DNA of 64,000 bases from the human T2T-CHM13v2.0 reference genome, Homo sapiens. Each line of letters starts with the position of its first letter. Within the stretch, counting starts at the first letter, position 1. Both the position numbers and the translations under genes were made by a program. Under the pieces are notes generated by a model, which saw only the letters and a list, made by a program, of their open reading frames with translations, did no database searches and was not told the DNA's origin. The stretch lies in the NCBI RefSeq assembly GCF_009914755.1, contig NC_060941.1; one strand, written 5' to 3'. Shown in pieces: positions 54,301-64,000 of the stretch.

Positions 54301-54946
54301 ATTGAATCGGGAGCCTTAAGAACCCCCCACCCCCAGTTGCTCTTTCTCTTCCCTCTGGCATGGTGGCTAGATCCCTAGGTGATGAAGTGGAAGGAGGCCT
54401 CCTGCTGATCCACGATGAACCTACTGTGGGAAAGAACCAGAAAGAACAGCTGCCGCTTAGAGCAGGTGGTATCTCAAGCCTGTGTGTTACTGCAGCAAAA
54501 CCTATGGCCGCCTGGGTCCTGACCACCTGAGGGGTACAGTGTTCTCAGGGGCGCATTTCTGCCTTCACGTCCCTGAGCCTGGGGAAGTCCTGCCCAAACT
54601 CGGTTCTCCTGGAGTCTCTTTCATCTTTGAGGCAACCACTACCTTTCCGTCAACTCCCTCTTCTGCTTCAGTTAACCACAGGTAGGTTTTGCTCCTTGCA
54701 ACTGACAACCTGGGCTGATGGAGGAAGCTGTTTCAGCTGTTATCAAGCAACACCTCGAGCAGGTGAGTCTGTAGCTGGAGGCCTCCAAGGTGCTGGTGTC
54801 TGAAGCAAAGATAGGTCACTGGAAAAAGAGGTGGCGTGTGTGTGTGTGTGTTTAGAAACAGAGTGTAGTTGTGTGTCTGTGCATGTAGAAAGAGGACATG
54901 GTTGTGTGTGTGTGTTTGTGTGTGCGTGTATAGAAAGAGGATGTGG

Positions 54947-55235
54947 GGCCAGGCACAGTGGCTCATGCCTGTAATCCTAGTGTATAATTGGGAGGCTGAG
55001 GTGGACAGACTGCTTGAGCCCAGGAGTTCAAGACCAGCCTAGGCAACATATCGAGAGTCTGTCTCTACAACAAAAAATAAAAAATTAGCTGGGCATGGTG
55101 ATGCATGCCTATAGTCCCAGTTACTCAGGAGACTGAGGCAGGAGGATCACTTGAGACAGGAAGGTTGAAGCTGCAGTGAGCTATGATCACGACACTGCAC
55201 TGGGTAACAGTAAAACTCCGTCTCAAAAAAAAAAA
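54947..55235 (+). mobile_element. AluJ
   Basis: Full diverged dimer. Confidence 0.92.
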
Positions 55236-55239
55236 GTGT

Positions 55240-55496
55240 TTTTTTGTGTTTGTGAGCATGTGTGTGAGTGTATAGGAAGAGGATGTGGTCATGTGAGTGT
55301 GCCTGTGAGTAATGTATATGTGAGTATACCTGTGTGTATGTGTTGTGTGTATATGTGAGTGTGCCTGTGTGTGTGTGTTGTGTGTATATGTATGTGTTGT
55401 ATGTATATGTGAGTGTGCCTCTGTGTGTGTGTTGTGTATATGTGAGTGTGTGTGTTGTGTGTATATGTGTGTGTTGTGTGTATATGTGAGTGTGTG
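55240..55496. repeat. (TG)/(TA)-rich low-complexity repeat
   Basis: Direct read. A similar tract lies at 54835-54930. Confidence 0.88.
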
Positions 55497-57425
55497 CTGG
55501 GGCAGCATCACAGGAATTCGCCTGCCATAAGGCCGGGCTGCGTCACGGCTAAGGCCGCAGTTCCCCCACCGTGCCTGGGTTTGGATCCTGGCTGCTCCGG
55601 TCGCCTGCTGTGGGTCCTTGCACACATTAACCTCTGAACACCAGTGGCCGTATCTGAAATAGCGCGAGAACAAAACTCAGGATTGCTGGGGAGCTGTAGG
55701 AGTGGAATTATGCAAAGCATGGCATGTCGCCCGTAACAGACTTCCGGGCCACCGTGGTGGTGCCGACACAGGCCGGCCGGGGCGTGCGTGGGGTCTGGCT
55801 TTGTCTTCTTGTCTCCCTCTGCTCCTCCCTCCTCCCCTGGCCGAGGGAGCCCGGCCTGTCTTCCTGGCCACAGTTCGGGAGGCCGCCGTCCTCAAAGCTG
55901 GGCACCAGCTATGGCTCAGTGTCTCCAGCCTCCAGGATTCCTGTGGTCGGGATCCAGCGTCTCTTTATCGTTTTTAAAGTGTTTTGCTGCTGGGAAGCCT
56001 CAAGCCTCTCCGCAGAGGGACATAAATAAAGGCAGGAACTTGGCCATTAGTAGGCTTCATGTGGCGTTTCCACCTGGGAGCGCCCTGGCGTGCTGCAAGC
56101 TGCCCTCACTGGCCAAGAGCAGGGCGGGAGGGGAGCCTCTGGAGTTCTCCGGTTCTGGGTTAGGTGCCTCTTACTCTCTGGGCTGCAAACAGACGGGGGT
56201 GCCTGGCAATGTGCCCCGGGCGGAGCACCCCTAACAGTTGCAGTTCAAATTTGGAGCCAGGCTGACCCTGGTTCAAGTCCTGTTGCTGTGTGCTGGCCGT
56301 GTCCCTGGACGGGTGGCACAAGGTCTTGGTCTCCAGTGTGCAGATGAGAGATGGTGATTATCTACTCCTGGGTGCTGGGCTCAGAGCCGCTGGCACCAGC
56401 CCTGGGGGCTGCCAGACATATAGCCCTCGGCTCTGTCACGCCCGGAACTCAAACCTCGCAGGCAGTCAGGGGAGAGGTCTGTGTGTGGAGCTCAGAACTC
56501 AGTGAGCACCCCATGTGCCTGTAAGGCCTCGCCATCTCCTACCCAACCCAGATGAGGCTCCTGCTTCCCACCCCTGGCAGGGAGTCTGATCTCATCCTAG
56601 CTCAAAGGTGGAAACTGAACGTGGGCCAGGTGGCAAAGTTCCCCAGTGGGTTCAGCTTCCGCCGGGTGGAGGAGGTGGGAGGCATGGCTGGAGGCCTGGC
56701 ATCAGGCTGGATGAGGTGGACCCCTCAGGCTTGAATCCAAGAGGGCTCAGAGGGTGAGTGGGGCCCCAGGCCACGTCTCCAACAGCTGCCCACCTAGCCT
56801 TGCGCCTCCGCCTTCCTTCCTTCCTTTAAAAATGGCTACAGGCACATTTTCTTTGATTACTTTTATACTGAATAACACTATCCTTTTTAAAGCAAAAAAT
56901 ACATGCTCATGATAAACAAATGGAACCGGACAGATCTTTATCAAGGCCCCCGCAATGTGACCTTGTGACTCCAAGACAGAATAACTTTCCATGTGTGTTT
57001 TCAAGAGGTTGTGGGGAGCCGCTGAACCTGGGAGCAGTGAGGGCACAGGCGAGAGCTGTGGCCAGGAGAGTCACAGGAGCGGCAAAGACGAAAGGGAGTG
57101 GGAGATGGGAGGCCAATCAGAAAGCAGTGCCCGAAGCTGGGTGAGGAGCAGCAAAGGCGGGGGTTTCCTTGAGGATACCTGAGAGCCATGCTAGGGTGGG
57201 GAGGTCTGGGGGGAGTTGTGGGCTGGCCTTGAGTTTGAGATTGAGGCCCAGGCTGAGAGCGTGGTGACCCCTGCACTGTGGGTCTGCTCGAGCTGTGTGC
57301 TTCCCAGGAGCAAGAGCAAAGAGGCCAGAGGGAGGGGGGCAGAACAGGCCAGCAAGGGAGCCCCCAGAACAGGACACGCGTTCCTTGGCCCTCCCCAGGC
57401 AGCCCTAAGAGGGAAGAGAAGCTCT

Positions 57426-57480
57426 GCCCCCTCCTGCCCCCTCCTGCCCTCTCCTGTTCCCTCCTGCCCCCTCCTGCTCT
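57426..57480. repeat. (CCCTCCTGCC)n-like short tandem repeat, about 5 copies
   Basis: Direct read. Confidence 0.75.
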
Positions 57481-58494
57481 CCTCCATGGAGTCAGGGGGC
57501 CCCAGGTGGCCATGGCCAGCCCATTCAGGGATCTGAGCCCCAGAGCCTGCATGCCAGGGTGAGCAGAGCCAGCTTGACTGCAGCCATGCTGACCCCGCAA
57601 CCTTCCCCGAGGTCTGAGGACACCACGCTCCCTTCCTGCCGGCAGGTTGTAATTGGGTTTCACACGGGGCCTTCTGGCGCTGACCTACATGTTCCGGTCC
57701 GTGCCTCCTTGGTTTCTGAGTGTGTGCCCCTGATGGTTCTGGAACCTCTGGGCGTGGGCCTCCTTCCCTCCCCGCCTCATCAGCTGCTCTGATTCCACCG
57801 GGCAAGGTCAGGCTGGCAAGGAAGGAATTGGAGCTGCAGTCTGGGCGCCAGGCCCAGAGTGTGCTTCCCAGGGGCTGCCTGTGGGGAGGCTCCCGATCTG
57901 CCCACTCCCGAAATAAGAAGGGGCGCCCAGAGAGGAGGAGACTCTGGATGCGTGGTCAGCAGGCACCGGCTGCCATCCCCAGGAGAGTCATTGCCTGTGA
58001 GGACGTTGACCCTGGTAGGACCCGCCTCTCTGAAGCTGTCTCGGGTGTGAGTGAGGAGGAACGGGGTCTCTGGGGACTGAGCCCTCATCTCCAGTGCAAA
58101 ATGCAGAGGCATGGGAGGGAATCAAATGAAACAGTGTGTGTGGAACAGAAGGCGCCAAATGGGAATGTCCCCCTGCCTGTCCATCTCCCTCCCTCCCCCG
58201 CCTCCTTATTTGCAGACGGAGGGACTGGATATCCTGGCAGAGCGTCTTCCGTGATGCGTAACCTCCCAGGAGATGCATGTTCTGGGGTTCCCCACTTACA
58301 GTTGAGAATACAGAGGCTAAGAAGGGTGAAGGGACTGCCTCCGGGTCCCAAGGCTGTTCCAAGTGATCTAGGACTCAGCTTTGGTCCTCCTGCCCTCAGC
58401 ACCCTTGGTCATCACCTCCACTCGGTGTGCAGGAGGCTCCTGCTGTAGGTGCCCAGATGTTCGGCAGCTTTGTACTTAGAAATTTCGAGGGGGC

Positions 58495-58858
<364 letters not shown>

Positions 58859-60485
58859 TCACCAGACACCCGCCATGGCTCTCGGCTCAGCGGGTAGCTG
58901 AGTGTGTTCTCTTTGGGTTCTGACAGGTTCCAGCTTGTTTTTTGAGACCTTGTCAGCGTGGGGCCTGCCGGGAAGCAGGTGCTTGTCTTTAATGGGATGC
59001 CTTATCCTGGGCTCCACAGGCTGCACGGGGCGTTGTTCAGGTGACTCCTACACGCCGAGGCGTCTCTAGAGGAGGAGCCTCAAAAGGACTAGCAGGGGGT
59101 GCAGATAACTTTGTTTTTAAAATGAAGCCAAAGCTTTCACCACATCTCAGAGACAGAGTGACCCGAATGTGGAGGTTTGGCTGGAACCAGGCAGGTACCA
59201 TCCACTACGGCTCCCACCTCTCCTGCTCGGAATCCCCCGCTGCCCTCCCCCAGGCCCTGGTCTCTGATTTCAGACTCGCCTCTGCTCTGTTTCACGTCTC
59301 CTGCAAGCAGACAAGCATGAAGCCTGCCCTCCGAGGCTGCATGAATAATAGAACTGAAATCATCCCTAGTTAAAAATAGATACTCTTCTTAATAAATATT
59401 TTACATACTGTCTTTAGGATATACAGGTCCCCTGGCTGAAGACTTAAAGCAAACCCTGTTATCGAAACCAAAAGATGTAGGAAAGGCTCTGCCCGGGCTC
59501 TGCCAGTGTGTTCCTGCACCACGGCTCTTGCCTCAAAGCCACCCACTCTGCGGTGACGTCCGACGCAGACAGCGCACACACGGATTACGTTGGAACTCAT
59601 AGCCAGGAGCGGCTTGGGAATTCTTGGGTGTATTAGTCACTTGTGAATTTTATGGAGGCAAATCAATTATAAAGTGCCCCTTGGTTAGTGAGGCTTGGAG
59701 TTCAGAAAACCCAAAAGCAGGTTCTTACGTTACTGCTGCGAGGCAAGGCCTTCACCGTGAATGGAAGCTGGGGTGTCTGGGGGCAGCTGTGTGGAGGAAG
59801 AGAAAATTCTGGGCAGAAGCAGTTGGAGTTTAAAGTGCTGGCCCATTTCTGAAAACTTTGCAAACTTTGCAAAAACTTTGGATCGGACGTCACTGCAGAG
59901 TGGGTGGCTTTGAGGCAAACAGAGCAATCTTGAAGGTCTCCATTAATGAAGGCATGGCGTGGTCTGGATGCAGCAAATGCATTTGAATGATCTGCAGGAA
60001 GGCCTCGTAGCCTTGCTCCCCCCACCCATGTGCTTCCCCAGGAAGACAGGGGCAGCTAGGAAATGCTGGGGCCTGCCCAGTGTGCAGACCGCTTCCAGGT
60101 GACCCCACGCTGCATGGCCCAAGGCAAAGGCTGGAGCGTCCTTATTTAACAGGAGAGGAAAGTGGATACTGGAAGGGCAGAGCGTGCTGGGGCTGGAACA
60201 GACAAGCCCCAGGCTGGAGGGCCCATGTCTCACTCCCTCTGCCCCACACCTCAGCTGGTCTGCCTATGTGGTATTCTTGAACTGAGTGAAGAGACCCTTC
60301 TCTGTCAGGGCCACCTGCCCCACAGAGGGGCTCTTGTCTTCCTTGTGCTCAACATACCTTGAGGACATTTTGCTTTAGCACCCAGCACCCTGGATGGCAT
60401 GTAGGGGTCCAGGTGTGTCTCTGCTCCAGACAGTGAATCCTTGAGCACCTGGCTTAGAGCTGGGCCCCTGGTACATGTTGTTACA

Positions 60486-61846
60486 TGGATGGGTGGGTAG
60501 GTGGATGGGTGGGTGGGTAGGTGGATGGGTAGGTGGGTGATATGATTTGGCTTTGTGTCCCCACCCAAATCTCATCTTGAATTGTAATCCCCATAATCCC
60601 CACGTGTGAAGGGAGGGACCTGGTAGGAGGTGATTGGATTATGGGGGGTGGATGGGTGGATGTGTGGATGGAGGGATGGGTGGATAGATGGAGGGATGGA
60701 GGGGTGGATGAATAGTGTGTATGGATAAGTGGATGGAGGGATGGGTGGATGGGTAGATGGAGGGATGGGTGGAGGGGTAGAGGGGTGGATGGACGGATGG
60801 ATGGGAGCATGTATGGATAAGTGGATGGAGGGATGGGTGGAGGGGTAGAGGGGTGGATGGACGGATGGATGGGAGCATGTATGGATAAGTGGATGGAGGG
60901 ATGGGTAGATAGGTGGATGGAGGGATGGGTGGATAGGGGGATGGAGGGATGGGTGGATGGGTGGATACATGGATGGAGGGATGGTGGATAGGTGGATGGA
61001 TGGATAGAGGGAGGGGTGGGTGGATGATGGAGAGAGGGATGAGTGGATGGATGGATGAGTAGATGAACAGATGTGTGGATAAAGGGATGGGTGAATGGGT
61101 GGATGGAGGGATGGGTAGATGGGTAGATGGAAGGATGGATGGAGGGGTGGAGGGGTGGGTGGATGGATGGATGGATTGTTGTGTGTATAGATAAGTGGAT
61201 GGAGGGATGGGTAGATGGGTGGATGTGTGGATGGAGGATGGTGGATAGGTAGACGGATGGATAGAGGGAGGGGTGGAGGGATGATGGAGAGAGGAATGAG
61301 TGGATGGATGGATGAGTGGATGAATAGATGGGTGGATAAGGGGATGGGTGGATGGAGGGATGGGTGGATGGGTAGATGGAAGGATGGATGGAGGCATGGA
61401 GGTGTGGGTGGGTGGGTGGATGGGTGTGTGTATGGATAAGTGGATGGAGGGATGGGTGGATAGGTGGATGGAGGGATGAGTGGATGGGTGGATGTGTGGA
61501 TGGAGGGATGGTGGATAGGTGGATAGAGGGAGGAGTGGATGGATGATGGAGAGAGGGATGAATGGATGGATGGATGAATGGATGAATATATGGGTGGATG
61601 AAGGGATGGGTGAATGGGTGGATGAATGGAGGGATGGGTGGATGGAGGGATGATGGATGGTAGGGGTAGATGGGTGGATGGAGGGATGGGTGAATGTATT
61701 GATGGTAGGGTGAATGAAGGGATGGGTGGATAGATGGCTGGGTGGAAGGATGGGTGGATTGGTGGATAGATAGGTGAATGGATTGAGGGATGGGCGGATG
61801 ATGGATGGTGGATGGATGGGTGGGTAGGTGGATCCATGGATGGATG
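60486..61846. repeat. Complex (TGGA/TGGG)n satellite-like repeat
   Basis: About 1.35 kb of GGAT/GGGT units with internal block duplications. Confidence 0.95.
60538..60648 (+). mobile_element. THE1 (THE1D-like) LTR 5' stub
   Basis: tgatatgatttggctttgtgtccccacccaaatctcatcttgaattgtaatccccataatccccacgtg. Confidence 0.85.
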
Positions 61847-62879
61847 CACAGAGGGAAAAAGGCACATTGTATCAGACTCCAAAGGGAGAATTAATTGCAG
61901 CATAAAATGGGAGTCCAGGACCTCTCTTATTTCAGAGTTCATCGTGTAGATGGGAACAGTGTTTAACCCTTCCCTCTCCCACTGCCCTCTGTCAGCTGCT
62001 TCCCAGTTCCTAAATTATTGGCTCTGAAAGTGGGGGCTGGGGGAGTGGGGAAAAGAGTGGAGATGCTGAGACTTTCCCATGTGTCCAGCTTCCAGAGGCT
62101 TCCAGGACAGACTGTGGCACCATGGTTAGTAGCCAGGAGCAGGTTAGGGCATTATGGTACCTCCCCAAACAAAGCAGGGTGCTCCAGCTTCAGGCAGTCA
62201 GGACCCCATCTGCTCAGTGAGTGTCTGGTCAGCACCCACTCAGGCCAGGCTGTGTGGCAAATACAAAAGAAGTTAAAAAAAAATAAAGACATTCCATTAT
62301 TTCAATAGAAAGAATTTTTTAAAAATGTGTCACTGGAGGTACACTTGCTTTACATTTTTTGCTTTGGAAGATGTAGGGAAAAAAGTCATGAAATGTTTTC
62401 ATTTCTCTGTGATTGAGCAGACTCTTAAAATATTAAACTATTGCTTAATAATTGATTAAAACTAATCTCTGTGGGAGCCAACCACCCATTTGGTAGGATC
62501 TCTTTAAACTTTTAGGGGCTTTTAGCTCCCCCTGGCCGCCTAACCTTTCTCTTGTCTGATTCATTCTGGGCTCAGCAGACGTTTGGTCTCTTGTGGATTG
62601 ATGATGTCAGGATGCTTCTGTCGGGCCGTGGGATGGCTGATGAGGCTGGATTCCGAACAAGGAACATCCTAGGGACACAGTGTCTGGAGAGGCAGTGAGG
62701 GAAGAGGAAAGAAATGTCTGTGAATAATTGTACTGCAGCTTCTAAAACTCGGGACGGGAGTCAGAGAAAACAGCCCTGTGGCCTTCAGAGCCGCTTAAGT
62801 TGTCTGTGACTTGAGTTTTTCCACACAATGACAATGGTGCCTGCCTCTCCATTTTCCCAGGAACGCTAAGCCATCGAGC

Positions 62880-63115
62880 AAAGTGGTTTAGAATGTGGGC
62901 GCAGGCATCCGAGTGTCTGGCTTCAAAACTTCCCCAGCAAGTTACCGAATGTGTAACCTTGGACGCGCTTTTTATTTTCTCTATACCTCAGCTCCTTATC
63001 AATAAAATGAGGATAGTAATATTAATAGAAACCCTCTTCTGTGCAGATGAGGTGAGGCAATGCATGTAAAGTTCTTAGCACTGGCCAGGGCTGGGCAAAG
63101 GCAGGGCTCACTATG
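62880..63115 (+). mobile_element. MIR
   Basis: tgtgtaaccttggac..ctctatacctcagctccttatcaataaaatgaggatagtaat..catgtaaagttcttagcac. Confidence 0.7.
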
Positions 63116-63121
63116 CATTTA

Positions 63122-63800
<679 letters not shown>

Positions 63801-63843
63801 TCATTAGGTGAACAACTGAAGCCTCTGAAACTAAACAGTCTCA

Positions 63844-64000
63844 GCCAGGTGCGGTGGCTCACACCTGTAATCCCAGCACTTTGGGAGTCCGAGGCGGGTG
63901 GATCACCTGAGGTCAGGAGTTTGAGACTAGCCTGGCCAACATGGTGAAACCCCGTCTCTACTAAAAATATAAAAAATTGGCCGGGTGTGGTAGCTCACGC
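63844..64000 (+). mobile_element. AluS, truncated by window end
   Basis: Left monomer and linker. Confidence 0.92.

Noticed and set aside
60572-61942. 456- and 408-aa Pro/His/Ser-rich ORFs
   Set aside because: Translation of the (TCCA)n repeat.

Overview
This is GC-rich primate genomic DNA, human-like from its Alu content. It carries one complete protein-coding gene on the minus strand, NPTX1 (neuronal pentraxin 1), which I recognised from the translated protein. From memory, the human locus is 17q25.3, between ENDOV and RPTOR. I reconstructed five coding exons (34336-33893, 33608-33401, 31335-31091, 29802-29623, 28925-28704) with GT-AG introns. They give a 1299-nt CDS encoding 432 aa. The gene has a CpG-island promoter and a ~4-kb 3'UTR. 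The rest is intergenic: about 22 Alus, L1MB/L2/MIR fragments, MLT1/MER21/THE1 LTR pieces, MER47/MER63 DNA transposons and several G-rich minisatellites. Repeat family names are from memory and their boundaries are approximate. Almost all other ORFs in the track are GC-rich or repeat artefacts. I cannot support a confidently new biological system. The best leads are: (1) an orphan CpG island at ~12.3-13.4 kb with housekeeping-promoter motifs and a possible spliced minus-strand transcript downstream; (2) an array of 36 CAGGTG E-boxes beside a promoter-like motif cluster; (3) a 1.75-kb VNTR open in all six frames; (4) an in-frame GTG-initiated N-terminal extension of NPTX1; (5) regulatory elements in the NPTX1 3'UTR.
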